DNA of 63,340 nt, counting the filler, from Octopus bimaculoides (lineage: Eukaryota), in assembly GCF_001194135.2 (NCBI RefSeq). It is 4 parts of 4 records of this genome, joined end to end, with 100 filler letters (N's around TTAATTAATTAA, not from the genome) between each part and the next. Parts side by side here need not be neighbours in the genome. Positions count along the whole stretch, not along the records: positions 1 to 14,083 come from NC_068984.1; 3 more parts are not named here. One strand, written 5' to 3'. The notes under the pieces were generated by a model. That model did not search any database, was not told the DNA's origin, and saw only the letters and a program-made list of their open reading frames with translations. The position numbers and the translations under genes were made by a program. Of the stretch, positions 1-13,960 are shown one piece after another; the first letter of the stretch is position 1, and every line of letters starts with the position of its first letter.

Positions 1-451
1 ATATAAATACCCTCATATATTGCCCATGCAAAAGACAGTCTGATACATATATGTAAGTGTATGTGCGTACGGACATACACTTACATTAAATGCTTGTATA
101 CGATTAATATGTTGAAATGAAAGCAATAAGGTTTACAATGTGTCCAGTGATGGTCAATCTAAAATAGACAGGTCTGCTCTCAACTAATATTTTGAAAATA
201 CTACATAATCTGTGCCGCTAGCAAACTCAACACTTACGAATTCAGGAACTTCTAACTACTTTTGAGTCGTGTGTAAGAAACTGCTCATTGTTAATTCACT
301 TTGCGTATATTACACTTAAAATTGATCCCCAATACTTAATTAGCGGATCGTAAATACACTGATGTAATGGAAGGTTTGCGAAGAGAATAATTAAGTAACA
401 TATAAAGTATTTGTTCTTAAAGCTTCATATAATGCGTATTCTTTTAATCGT

Positions 452-853
452 TTACCTGTTTCAGTCATTTGAATGCGGCCATCCTGGAGCACCACATTCA
501 AGGGTTTTTAATAAAAGAAATCGACCCCAGGACTTAATCTTTGTAGGATTAGTAATCATTATATCGGTGAGTTTTGCTGCACTGCTAAGTTACAGGGACG
601 TAAACACACCAACATCAGTTGCCAAGCGATGCTTAGAAGTACAAACAGAGACACAAAGACACACATGCATGAATATATACATATATATATGCGACAGGCG
701 TCTGTCAGTTTTCACCTGCCATATCCACTCACAAGGCTTTAAACGGCCCCAGGCTATACTAGAAGATACTCTGTCCAAGATGCCACGCAGTGACATTGAA
801 TCAAGAAAAATGTGGTTGGAGAATACTTCTCGTCACACAGCTACACCTGCGCC
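452..853 (-). mobile_element. tRNA-derived SINE, family 1 (octopus-type, internal microsatellite)
   Basis: The reverse complement starts GGCGCAGGTGTAGCTGTGTG (tRNA-like head) and has an internal (TA/CA) tract. The 3' part TTTCAGTCATTT..GCGGCCAT..TGGAGCACC is shared with the copies near 9.8, 10.8 and 11.6 kb. Confidence 0.8.
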
Positions 854-1219
854 CATACGCAGCAATGCCAGCACTTATACACTGCCACGCCTGCCCCTAT
901 ACACAGACACATGTGCGCCTATATGTACGGTGTCTTTCCATGGAAATGTGTAATTTTGTTTGTACTATATGATATGCGTCTTGAGATGTACACTTCGTAT
1001 GCCACCGAATTTATCTTGTACTTAAAAGTATAATCAAATATCTTATAACAACAGAAGTCAATAAAATATGATGAAGTAAAAACACTGTTAATGGTATATT
1101 TAATCCATGAAACTTGAAACATACGAATTTAAACTAATGATAAATAAATACACTCAGAAGGTTTAAGCTTACCTATGGAAACGACGAATAATCATTTACG
1201 CTCCAAAGTATCACAAATT

Positions 1220-1262
<43 letters not shown>

Positions 1263-1629
1263 ACGACGCTAGAATAATGAAGTATATTAACTGGAATTCA
1301 AAACACTTCATGTGCTAAATAAAATGCATATATTTATTATTAATTCATAAGCACAGTATCTAACTGAATAGGAAGTATCATGAAGAGAAGCCAAATTTAT
1401 AGCCGATATATTTGCTAGTACAGTATCATATCATTAATAACTTCATAAACGTATAAAATCATTAGGAATAAGCATATCTGCGATATCATATACTTCTCTG
1501 TTACCTGTCATGCAAATGTCCACGATTTACCCCAAGTTATCGATTGATTCCAAGGGCGACGTTTATAAAATTATCTAGTACAACTTATTTTTGTTTTTAC
1601 ATATAGTCTAGACACGTAAGTTACGCCAA

Positions 1630-1800
1630 CATAGGTGTAGGTATGGACGTATGATCAGAAAACATTTTTGCAACCATGTGATTATGGTTTCGATTCCGCG
1701 CCACAAAGACAAGTTCAATCTCGCCTATACTATAAAATTGGACTCACACTGTCAGTATAATTTTGCTGCAGTTCACCATACATTCTTGTATGTATGGAAT
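1630..1800 (+). mobile_element. Degenerate SINE family 1 head
   Basis: TAGGTGTAGGTATGG...TTGCAACCATGTGATTATGGTTTCGATTCC resembles the SINE head with a B-box-like GGTTTCGATTCC. Confidence 0.45.
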
Positions 1801-2124
1801 TCACAACAGTGAAAAAGGGTGTTGTTTCGAAGATACTATAAACCTTTCGATGAAAAGACATCCATAAGCTATGTAATAGATATCAGTAAGTGATGGCGTA
1901 CGATACAAAAATCTAAAATCTCTGAGTCAGTGCCCCTTTATCGCCAGAGTTCAATAACTGAAACCCGTTAAAAAAAAACATTCCCACTATAAAATCATTA
2001 ATAAAATCAATGGCTCATTTTGAGGACAATAATTTTGAAGTATAAGTTGATTTGTGTGTGTAAGGTCGTACAAATAAAGATAAAGTTACCTTCTCAAGTT
2101 ATGACGGCTCATAAGGGCCAATTT

Positions 2125-2328
2125 TCCCGTTTCATGGCGCGTAAATTCCCTTCCAGGACGGAGCGCCGGTCACTCACAGGATTACTCATTTTTACCAGCT
2201 GAGTGAACTGGAGCAACGCGAAGTGAAGTGTTTTGCACAAGAACACAATCAATCGTCCGGTGTTGGAACCGAAACCACTACCTTACATTGATGAGTCCAA
2301 CACCCAAACCACTACGCCACGTGTGTCC
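2125..2328 (-). mobile_element. tRNA-derived SINE, family 2
   Basis: The minus strand has an A-box TGGCGTAGTGG and a B-box-like GGTTTCGGTTCC. Its core CAGCTGAGT.AACTGGAGCAACG.GAA.T.AAGTG is shared with the 61169-61522 copy. Confidence 0.7.
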
Positions 2329-3979
2329 ACTAGGTCATAGAAATACATTTGAGGATGAAACAAGGGGCAGCTAAGGATTCCTCATAACAACCAAACTGCC
2401 TTGTACCATCTTCTTTCTCTCTCTTTCTTTCTCTCCAGTCCTTGTCCTCCTCACAACATGATCGTGTGCGATTACAAAGTAACTCTAATGAAATAAGTTT
2501 TTACTGCACAGGCAATAAGCTTATTAGATAAAAAAATATCATCTAACAGAACGTGTAGATAGATAGCTTAACTGGCTCAAAGGGACTTAATAATCATGTT
2601 CATGCATAGACTTTAAGTAGAACAATAATTATCGCTAAATCGGCGCACCAAACTCCAATTAATTCGGCAAGCAACTTCTTGTACTTCGTTTAATTTAGAT
2701 GAATGATATAATTGTCTTGTTCCCTAAAAATTGTTCCGTGCTTCTTAGGCAATATTAAACACAAATTGAAATAAGAACCAGACCAGATATTCAGAAACGT
2801 ACAGGGCTAGTAAGCCTTTCCATAAAAGCTAAGAATATATCATAAAAACGATAAATACAAAAGATTAATGGAAACCTGAAAAATATATAATATAACACTG
2901 CCTCATGTAGAGACACAGGCTGAATGATGTTTGCAAGAGATGAGTTTTGCTAAAAGCATTCCAGAACCAGGTGGCGGTTGTGATGTTGAACCAAGTGACG
3001 GATAACTCTACCACGTCTGGATTTAAACTCAAAACACAGTGACGGGGAAAATAAAGCCTTGGTTTGATGCGTTTTTATCAAACATGAAAGGATGAAAAGC
3101 AAAGTCAGATCATCTTGTCTCACCCTCGAAAGACTCTCACAGGACTCTCTAAGACAGTCACAATGTTCTGCCAATAACGAAATATGACTTAAAAGAATTT
3201 TTATAAGTATTTATATAAACAACCTTAAAATTAACTTTAAAAGAGGTATTTTCTGGGTTTTCGTAGCCCCACAATCTGTTGAAAAGTACACTACTAGGTT
3301 TTAAAACGTTTCCTACTGAAGCATCATTTAGTCATTCTTTGGTCATCAGTGTATTTCCAACGATTAGAATGCTTTGAAAAATATAGAGTGGAATTAAGCC
3401 TTCGTGAAATTTATGAATTACGGTGGATTTCCTTGTGAATCCTTAATTTCTTCGCAATTCAAATCAGATGGTTTAAGGCAATGAGTTACGGTGTAAACAA
3501 AAATCATTCGTCAACTTGCAATTTTTCATTTTAGTTGCTTCGTTGAAGTCTTTACACATATTTCTCCTGACTAATTGTACCATGTGGTTACTGATTAAAC
3601 ATGTCTGAAGATAGTACAACAGCAGCTAGCAGAGAATACTGTCCTTCACAGAATACTCTGATTCGTTGGAAGTCACATTTGAAGGCCAGCATAACTTGCA
3701 AAGAACTTTATTTTGCTTTGCTTTCTGTTGCTGGAGCTGTCCTTTTTTATTCTCGTTCAAGGCAATTATAGCGAAGAAACATGTAAATGAAAAACAAAAA
3801 GGAGTAATTTAACAAGTAGTCAGCTTGGCAAGCGTAATAATTAATAACATGCTCTCTAGAAGTAATCCTTCTAGCATGTTTTATCCTAAAATAAAACTTA
3901 GAGCAGCTTCGGAACACAATTATAGAATAGAAATGTCACAAACCTTTGCTTAATATTTATAACATGAGCGCGAATATCA

Positions 3980-4930
3980 ACCAACGTTTATTAAGGTGCT
4001 TTATTGATGTGAGAGCCGAGCCGATTTAGGCCATTCCAAATTAAAAAACATTGATAACAGTAACAAAATAGATTAAAAATTCAAGTACTACTAATAATAG
4101 CAATTACAATAACTTTAAATAAAACGTAATTCTGTGGAAAATCGTTTCCAGATCATCACAATCTAATTTTCAAGAACTGGATATATTTGGCGTTTGTGTT
4201 GTATCTTATATGCAGTTTGAATTAATGTAGACTTTCCCACCCAGTTTTTCTTTTACCGTTGGTAAATGTTTTTCTTTTACCGTTGGTATTAGTGTGAGAA
4301 TTCCCCTTAAGTAATTTTCTATCTGGTGTGTGGTAAAATGTTTTGCAACAGCTTATATTTGCTAGAATCCCCGAAATTCACGATATTCCGTTTTACAGTA
4401 AAATTTATAGATTACTTTAGCCATGAATTTCTTGTTCTTGGGTCTACGTGGAAAAGTTGCGTTATTGATGAGGAAGATTTTGGTTTTAGAGATTGTAGTG
4501 TATGTATTAGTTTAAGACTAGCTTTCTACTGAAAAATTCGGTATCATGTTCATTCAATTAAATTTTTTTTTTTTTTGAAGTGAGTAAATTTCACAGATAT
4601 TAAGATTTCGAAGCAATTCAGCGGGAAATATCTGTGATCCGAAAAGTCTAATTATTCTAGTTTACAGTCACTCAGAGAAATCTATATATAAAAATAAACA
4701 GTTGAAAGAGCCGCAAAAACTACGCTAATCTTAGATTTCCTGATCTGATATATTATGTTCGTAATCTCCACACAAAACCAGATCACGTGTATTACAGATA
4801 ATGAGGCGAGTACATTCATACAAAACACCTGGGAAATTTGTCTCCAAGATATATATATCTACACTTAAGACTAATAGCCGACCTGAAATTCTGGAGTCTG
4901 AAATACTCTTCATAGAAAATATGCAGAGAA
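3980..4930 (-). mobile_element. Highly decayed LINE 3' portion (possible CR1/L2-like)
   Basis: A minus-strand peptide KCRYIYLG resembles RT domain 7 (YKYLG). It is followed by stop-riddled coding-like sequence and an AATAAA-containing AT-rich end. Confidence 0.3.
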
Positions 4931-5014
4931 AATATTGTTGAACTTAATAAAGAGATGTGAAGTGAAATATTATAATAAAGTTCCTCATGACTGGGTTCTA
5001 CTAACTCTGACATC

Positions 5015-5038
5015 GGCACACATACATACATGCATACA

Positions 5039-5071
<33 letters not shown>

Positions 5072-5200
5072 GCACACAAGCATACGTGCATACATATATG
5101 CGTGCACGCACGAACGCACACGCACAAAAAACGTACATACATACATACATACATACATATATACATACATACAACATACATACATATACATATACATAAT
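5015..5200. repeat. (TACA)n/(TA)n compound microsatellite
   Basis: Directly visible tandem repeats. They explain the YIHT/MYVC ORFs here. Confidence 0.95.
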
Positions 5201-6368
5201 AAAATATCCTGCTAATGCTGTTGAAATTCCAATGAAGAAGCCTTGGTTCTAGGTTAGAAACCGGCTTTTTTCTCTATTGGCAAAACTCTTGAAATAATAC
5301 TGACATACATACATACATACTTACATACATACATATATACGTACATAAATAAATACATACGTACATAAATACATATATATCAGAAAAGTAGATCTATAAG
5401 TAAAGAAATAATCCATATAACAGAGCTATAGTGCAGCAATATACTGCTAACTTAAATAACTTTGAAATCATTTTCACAGAGAAACCCACACAACCTGGTA
5501 AAAGCTTATTTGGATTACTTTTATTTTTCTAATTTTTGCTTTACGCAATATCTATGGGCCTCAAATATTTGTGTAAATTGCAGATATAGCTGAAATATAG
5601 CCATCTATCACAGATAAACCCGAAACCTGATACTACCACTATCAAAAGAATTCGATGTTTCATAGTGATATATTTACGAAATTTAACTTAACATTTTATC
5701 TTCAGTTTGTCTTTTGTCACATTAAACTTCTTATCACCATCACGAAGAAAGATCGATTAAGCATCAACAAACGAATAATATTGTTCGAAAATATTTCTGT
5801 CAGAGGATCCGACAAGTCTACACAGGAAACGGAATGAAGAAAAGAAAATTAAAACTGAATTAAAACGTTTGTAAATACAATGGAATATATATGTAAAATC
5901 GAAATATTCTACAGAAATTTCAGATAGAAGAGCTCAGGTTTTCATCTACCTAGAATATGGCGAAAGTAATTTGAGGAGGTATTGTCGAGTCCATAGTAAA
6001 CAAAGAATAGACATGAAAGCATTTACAGAACGTTTTAGACATCACCACATTCATCGCTCACATATGCATAGTTTAGATTAGGTAAATACAAAACAAACAT
6101 CTACTAGCAATAGAATCTCGTGTATATACGCAAATAATTTGTGGGTATACATTTTTGAGTATATGCGTACACCTTAGAAGCAAAGAAGCATTCTGTTCAA
6201 CGCTCTACATATTCTAGCGAATAATAATATATTTAAAACCTGAAATGTTTAGTGTTGAAATCATTCAATTATTCTTACCTCGGTGTGTATTTGGAGCTTA
6301 ATCTTTCGGCCGCTGAACGGTGGAGTGTATATTGGTGGAATTTAAACTCGGGGATTCAAGAGAGCGAA

Positions 6369-6482
6369 ATGAACAATGAAAAGTATTACAAAGGAATTAA
6401 AAACACAAACGATATTTTCGTTCATTTGACTCGTTCTAACAATAATAATTTTGAAATCAAACAGAAGTTTAGCTATTCTGAA
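6369..6482 (+). CDS. Candidate first coding exon (MNNEKYYKG...KFSYSE, 38 codons), unidentified
   Basis: ATG at 6369, an open frame of 114 nt ending on a codon boundary at a strong donor AA|GTAAGT, and a CpG-containing upstream segment. No homology recognised. Confidence 0.2.
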
Positions 6483-9400
6483 GTAAGTCCATGGTCGATC
6501 AAATTATTTCTAATCTCATTAGTTGTTACATTATCTCTCTTGAAAGTACGTAACACAAAGCCGTTTCTGGAAGAATCTCAACTCACAACGTAAATGGAAG
6601 ATTCTACTTTTTGTAAAATTTTCTTTAAATACAGTGCTCGGCGTGACTGTGAATCATTGTGTATTTTGCAAAACCAATAGATCTTGAACGCGCAAGAACT
6701 TTCGATATCCACTGGACTAAGTCATCAATAAAATCTACTAATAACTTGAGAAACAGTGTATATGGTGCTTTTAAAGATTCTAACTACGTACCGCACCTGC
6801 AAGATCACTTATAAGTATCTTATATCGTCCTAAAATATAGCACGAATGAAAACATGTTTGAAGTGTTCTCTGAAGAGAAATATATGCTGCATTTATTAAG
6901 TTAGAGACTCTTACGTGGAATTATCTTATAATTACAGCAATGACTAGCAATATTCAACAGTATTCATATAATGAGATACGGATACAGTAAATATAATATC
7001 CAATGATTTATCTGCAGAATATACTGGTATATTTTCTCCAATGGGTTTAGTAAAAAATTCTTATTTATTCAGTATGCCTAATCCCTCCCATCACCTATAC
7101 TCTATACGTGTTTATTATAGCTAAAGGCTAATATTTGTCTTATTCAAAAAGTGAAAACTAGCATCAGAATATTTCTACTAGTTGACGTAACATAGATTAT
7201 CTTCCTCTAGATCTGCTCAATATAAATATACTATTATTTCATTATCACCTTCTTGCCAACGTAATCATCTGTTAGAATAATCATTTGTTAGAATATTGTT
7301 GTTCACATCGGAGGATAGATAATATAATTCTCCTCTTAATTCTATCACTTTCTGTTTCAAGATAATTTTCATAGTATTAAATTCCTTCTCAACGGATCAA
7401 TTACTGTCATCATTGCAACTGAACTGGATAATCTGCTTATTTTCTTGAAAACGTCACTCACTCCATTGACTGCCATTACACTTTGTGTAGAATATTAAAC
7501 ATGTTATTCGCGCCTTTCTTTGTAGAGCGCAATGAAATTACTTCTTGGTAATATATCTCATTCTATATTTCAATATCCAAGACTATGTTATTACCTGTCA
7601 CAACCCATAAACAACTTCTCGAACGTTTATGCTATGTGGCAGTACCCTTAAGTGATATCTGAATATCTTCTGAATAATTACTAAGATATATGGTTCCTTC
7701 TACGAAATTGGAATGTCTCAGTACCTCTGTAGTATAATAATGGAAATAAAATATATAGGTTGGGTGAAAGGAAAAAATATCTTTGTACGCTTATATCATT
7801 TTATTTTACATCTACTTTCAGAACGATCTCGAACGAAAAAATACACAATTCATATTTCTGCTTGATTGATGTTTAAAATATCGGTAAGGACATGTACATA
7901 TTTTCTTTCATACATACCAAAGACACATGTCTGAAAGTAAAGGAGAAAATGCAGCTAAACAGAAGAGAACTGAATCATCCTAAGATGTAGTTTTAACACC
8001 ACACTTATAGTCTTATTACAACTGCCATAGGCAATTTATTGATCTCCGATACGGCAACAGAAATCTCTTAACTAGATATAACAAAAGATAATCAACTTCT
8101 TGTGATTGGTTGTGTGTTTCTTATATTTTCGCAATGGTCAGGTCGATGGTGTATGTTATTCAGAATCTGTATTCTGCATGTTTCGTCGTATAAAGCATAT
8201 GTACATTCCAGGCGACAGGTTAATTTTCCGTTTGTTGACAGATTATATTAACACTGATCTATTCAAACATTCGATTTTCAGCAATCGCTTGGCAAAAGAC
8301 AGACAATTTCTCTCAAAACTATTCTTTCAACTTATATTCAGTTTGTAAAGAAAAATTACTATGCAGCAGATAATTTTGAAATGGATGAGCTAATGACAGC
8401 AAAACATTGATTGATTTGCTGAAGATTACAAGACAATCCCGATAGATTCTTTAATATATGAAATATTCTCAAGTGACAGATATTTGTAGGATTCCCATTT
8501 AATAGAAGATATTGAGAAACTTTGTCAATCGTTTCAACAATGCAGAAGAAATCTACATATATAAGATCGTAAATTCGATAAAATTGGATTTATACATTCA
8601 TGTCTCTGCATTTTGTCGTCAAAACTATGAGTCTTCTTTCAATACATGCACACACAAACTGCCCAGTTTAACATGGTAGACATCAGTACACCTTTCATTT
8701 TTACAGTTTCGTCCTCCGCTCTCTTTCACTCCCTTGCCATTGCTCTATCGGTAACACACACGTTTATGAAAGAATGTGTGAGTTTATTGACAGATATATA
8801 GTTATATATGTCCGTGTGTGCTTATCTGTATTTATGTGCGCGTGTATCCAGTAGAATTACTTTTAGAGATATGATGATCTGAGAGGTAGGTACCGGAAAT
8901 TAACATCCTTATAAACGTGCGTTACTTGACAACCCGTCTTGGCAACATTATGCAGCTATATTATAACACTGATATTTAGAGGAATTGCGTGTTCTTTTTT
9001 CTATCAGAATTGATAATTAGACACTATTGTAAGATGTTGTCGTTCATACATCTTCATTAATATCACTAACAACTAATTTCCCTTCTGTTTTTCCTTTGAT
9101 ATTAGGTGGCCTTGCAAGTCAGAGACATTATAATGAAAATAATAGTCACGAATGAAATTCTCGCTCCTTCATATCTGTCTTTCACAATGGACACGCACAT
9201 CCAATATTGCAGTTCATGTATGCAAGAATGAGCACTGCCGTACACACACATCACACACACATGCACACACACACAGACACACACAAACACACGTATATGC
9301 ATAATCACATACACACATGCTCAAGCAAATACACATATGTATTTTGCCAAATGATTAACAGGTTATACTGACCGGCACCTTTGAATAGCCTTGCCTAATA

Positions 9401-9770
9401 TCTTATAAATTAGATTAGATTAATAAATACATAACAACCGTAAATTATTCTGTTTACAATATTAATCACAAATAATCTAAATCATATAACAGAACTGAAT
9501 TTGTAAAGTATGACAAAATGAGAATTTTGAACCATCCGAAATAATAGAAAATTTTTAGATTTACACAATTTCGCATTTAAACTTATCTTATTAACTTATG
9601 AAAAAGTAATGTATCTACTAATTCGTCAAATAATACAACAAGACATGTGTATCATCAGATCAATCTGCGTTCGCGGGTTATTTGCAGTATGGATCAATGG
9701 GTTACCATTAGTGTTTGAAAGTGAAACAAGTTGTGATGCGTATTAACAAAATTAAATACCGTTATGTTCA

Positions 9771-9967
9771 TTACTTCTTTCAGTCACTGGAGTGTGACCA
9801 TGCCGAGACATAATCGAATTTTAATCGAACAAAAAGATCCCACTTATTAAATCTGGTATTCTATTCACCTTTTGCCGGACCGCTAAGTTACGGGGGTATA
9901 ATGAATTCCAAACCGGTTGTCAAGCGGTGATTGGGGAACACAAACATACATACACATACATACACAC

Positions 9968-10036
<69 letters not shown>

Positions 10037-10221
10037 CAGACAGATAGATAGATATACGACGGGCCTCCACGCAGATTCCGTCTATCAAATTCACTTATAT
10101 GACAATATTCATTCTTGGGCTATAGTAAATGACATTTATCCATTGTCCTGCATACTAAGACTGAACCTGCAACCACGTTGTTGCACAATGAGTATAGTAG
10201 CAATACAGCCATACATGCACC
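9771..10221 (-). mobile_element. SINE family 1 with internal (GATA)n expansion
   Basis: Same head and tail as the 452-853 copy. A (GATA)n tract lies at about 9968-10050. Confidence 0.8.
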
Positions 10222-10759
10222 TATGTATTGTATAAGTTTTAATGACTTTACATCCGAACATTAATGTTACTATTATCTGCTACGAAATTTTGGGTGACAA
10301 AACACGCTCTTTGAGCATATAAAAGTCTGTAGGGGCAAAGAAAATGAGGGAGCCTGTACGTTGTAGTTCGAGCAGCTAAAAGCAATAGCAAATTATTCCT
10401 TACATGGCACTCATCATCTAAAAGATGGAAAGTATACATTAGATAAAGTCATTCTTAGTACTGTCTAAAATGTTAGTGTTGCCACTGTTGGAAGGCTACT
10501 GATCGTAGGTATGCTCAATTAGAGCTGGCAATTGGCTAAACAAAAACAGAATTACTGTGCTTTTGTTTAGCCCAAACAAAGTCTCATCGAGAGAAACCAT
10601 TGATCAGGAAAGAGGACGTAAATGTTACCTTTTTCCATCTTTGTGCTTATGCTCATTTGAATGGCAATATATTACGAGGTATTCTAGAACATCTTGTACA
10701 ACACGAATTTATGAAAACACCTCTACATAGGTCGGCCGACCCGATAGCAACAATACCTT

Positions 10760-11130
10760 TTTACCCTTATTTGATTCAACTGATTGCAGCCATGCACCGC
10801 CTTGAAGGGTTTTAGTCGAAGAAATCGACTCCAGGACTTATTTTATAAAGCCTAGTATTTATTCTGTTAGTCTCTTTACGGGGTCGTAAACTCACTAACA
10901 CTGGTTGTCAAGCGATGGTGAAGGACCAACACAGATACAAACACGCACAGACACACACACACACATATACATATACGACAAGCTTATTTCAATTTCCGCC
11001 TACCAAATCCACTCACAAAGCTTCAGTTTGCACGAGGCTATAGAAGACACATGCCCAAGGTGACACACAGTGAGACTCAACCTAGAACCATGTAGTTGGG
11101 ATGCAAGGTTTTTAAACCACATAGCCACGC
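10760..11130 (-). mobile_element. SINE family 1
   Basis: CACCGCCTTGAAGGGTTTTAGTCGAAGAAATCGACTCCAGGACTTATT...ATCCACTCACAAAGCTT...ACCACATAGCCACGC aligns with the other copies. Confidence 0.8.
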
Positions 11131-11604
11131 TTGTTGAATATTTCTCAAAACACATCCTGCAATTTTACTACAGAAAGACATTAGATAATGTGGTCATTGG
11201 ATATAATTTGTCACAATAAAAAATCAAGGCAGTTACAGCTGAAACACCTTTGGTTGCAGACATGTGTCCGAGACTTTGATTGATGTGGAGTTAAACAGGA
11301 ACAATTTGTATGACAAGTAATGTATTCATTTCAAACCTGCGTAAGCGTTTCTATGGGATTACTCGCCCTTGTTGGAATAACATCCACATCTCCTTCAATG
11401 TTATACGTTTCCGACTTTAACACTGAGAAACCCATTATTTATCAAGGGCTGACCTAACGCTAAACAACGATAGCAACAGCTGTGAACATTCATCGTAACT
11501 AACATTAATATTTGCCACTAACATATATCGAATCCGCGACAGCATTTCATTCTTCAAAATAGTATTAAATGTAGTAAAAGTAAAGCAATAACTTATTTTT
11601 TACT

Positions 11605-11952
11605 GTTTACTTGTTTCAGTCATTATAATGCAGCTGTATTGGGACACCGCCTTGAATCAACTCCAGTACATTTATTTTATAGCCTGCTACTTAATATACC
11701 ATCTCTTTTGCCGAACAACAAAGTTACAGGAATAAAAACAAACCAACACAGGTTGTCAAACGGTAGTGGGAGACATACACAGAAAAAAACACACGCTTAC
11801 ACATATACATATGTATATATGACAGGCATATAGCATTTTTTTCTACGAAATCCATTCATTAGGGTATGGCTAGCCAAGGTACCATGCAGCAGCACTGAAC
11901 CTGTTATTATACGGTTGAGAAGCAAAGTTTAATCTACACACAGGTACGCCTA
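11605..11952 (-). mobile_element. SINE family 1 (diverged)
   Basis: TTACTTGTTTCAGTCATT...CACCGCCTTGAA...GGTTGTCAA.CGG matches the other copies. Confidence 0.7.
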
Positions 11953-13128
11953 TGCATGTTAATAATTAGAACTCAGCGTTATGTAAATCATATTTTCTAA
12001 GCAGTTTTTGTTGTTCTCTATATTCAATGTGAATAATTTGTCCATATCCACAAAGATTATGATGTTGCATAACTCGATCAATAAGCAATGTTAAAAGATG
12101 AATCACAGCTCTAGATTTTGTGGACAGCATTTCTTATTTCGGAGAGAAAATAAATGATTTTTAACTAAATATCTACTAATTCCTTTTATATTCATAGTAC
12201 CACATTCTTTCGATCTATAGCACGAAACGCCTTCATAACAAATACATTCTTCTCTTTCTTTATAAGAGACATTGTCTCTTATTATAAACAACCCAGCATA
12301 CGCAGACATACATACACATGCACACACACATATAGGCGCAAATGTATATATATTTATATATATATATATATACACACACACAGATGTATATATTTCTATG
12401 TGTACGTGCCTTATAATCAATGATTGAGAACGTGCATGTGTATTAGTTTAATTTGTATATATAAAATAGCATACATATAAATAGAATAGGATTCAAAAAT
12501 AGATTGCGTTAATCATTTTAGCTTTTTGATTAATCATGCAATTAACAATATTTAGAATTTAACAATAGAGTAGAATACATTTAATTGCCCGAGAACTGTC
12601 ATTCCATTCTCAAAGACATAATTATGTCTTGAAATCACTACGCAAAAATTTGATTATGTTTAATGATATTCACTGTTAAATTTTTTTCTATTATCGATTA
12701 CTTAAATTTGTAAGCCAACAGCAGTTTATACTGAAGCTACAAATTATAATCTCGCTAAACAACTCAGGCCTTTAGAAGTGAGATTATACGCATCTTCTTA
12801 ATTGCGTATTGTATTAAAGCTATATGTCATTGTTTGACCATAACTATTCGCAGTTAATCAAATTACTGGAACAATTCAACAATAAAGTCCCTTTAAATTA
12901 TTAATACAAGAACAAGGAAGAAAAAATATGTCTAATGTGGCACAGATGTTTATCTCTGTGTGGGATATAAAATATATAGCAGTCAAGCAATACATGATCG
13001 TAAACGCTACTATATCGTTGCTAAGATGTCATTAAAAGCCATATTTATAACTATCTATAATTCCGTGCCACCTACCATCCGTCCATCTATCTCTCCTCCT
13101 CTCTCTGTGTGTATACATACAGAGGCCT

Positions 13129-13129
<1 letters not shown>

Positions 13130-13195
<66 letters not shown>

Positions 13196-13212
13196 TACAC
13201 ACACACACACAT

Positions 13213-13260
<48 letters not shown>
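13130..13260. repeat. (TA)n(CA)n(TA)n compound microsatellite
   Basis: Directly visible. Confidence 0.95.
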
Positions 13261-13264
<4 letters not shown>

Positions 13265-13960
13265 AGAAATATTAATAACAAGGTTATTGTATCTGAAGTC
13301 AATTACAACAGAATCAAATTTATGCCAAGTAAGTCTAAAATTAAAAATTGTATATACCAGTGTAAAATTACTTCTGGTAATGAAGTATTTTTTATATAGG
13401 CAGTTCATCTTCTTAGTTATCTAAAATAATTTCTAGTCATTAGTCTACATTTAGGGATACAAATAAACGTAAGATTACAGGATTAGTAAATTAATTTGGT
13501 ATCTAAAAGACCACAATAAACAATTTAATTTAGATCGGTTCATTCTCTTAATTTCGATACCTTATGACAAAGGCAAAGAATTCTGTGTTCTCTGTAATTC
13601 TGAACTATTTTTCATTCTTTCTTCCCTAAAAATGCCCTTGCAAACACGATTATAGAGCGTGCGTACCGATGTAAATATTGGCAGAAACAGACCTTTAGTT
13701 CATATAAGTGGTATATATATCATTATATATAATTCAAACATTAATTTTCTTCTTACATTCCACATTCACTAGATATATCTTTTTCCAAGGCTGTAGGGTT
13801 TTATTTAATTTATATATCGTTATATTCTCATTTATTTCTTTTTTTCTTTCTATAGGATACATTTGACGTTATATCCTCTAACGTTTTTTAACACAAACAT
13901 AATAGCCATCGTATTCTGTTAAAATGTCTTATTGATGAGTTTCATTTCTTCATTTCCCTG

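Noticed and set aside
411-953. 180-aa ORF
   Set aside because: It is the antisense read-through of a SINE family 1 copy plus flank, with no protein motif.
3290-3360. Minus-strand CTGATGA...GAAAC motif
   Set aside because: Helix II pairs poorly and no NUH triplet is in register with helix I. At best it is a decayed relic.
7100-8650. Long non-repetitive AT-rich stretch with short coding-like runs
   Set aside because: All frames are interrupted by stops and no domain motif or splice pair was recognised.
11341-11380. Minus-strand CCAACAA-GGG...CCC-ATA-GAAAC, possibly a CpG-decayed hammerhead
   Set aside because: Core G5 and G8 are absent and there is no helix I/III closure. Only a family consensus could rescue it.
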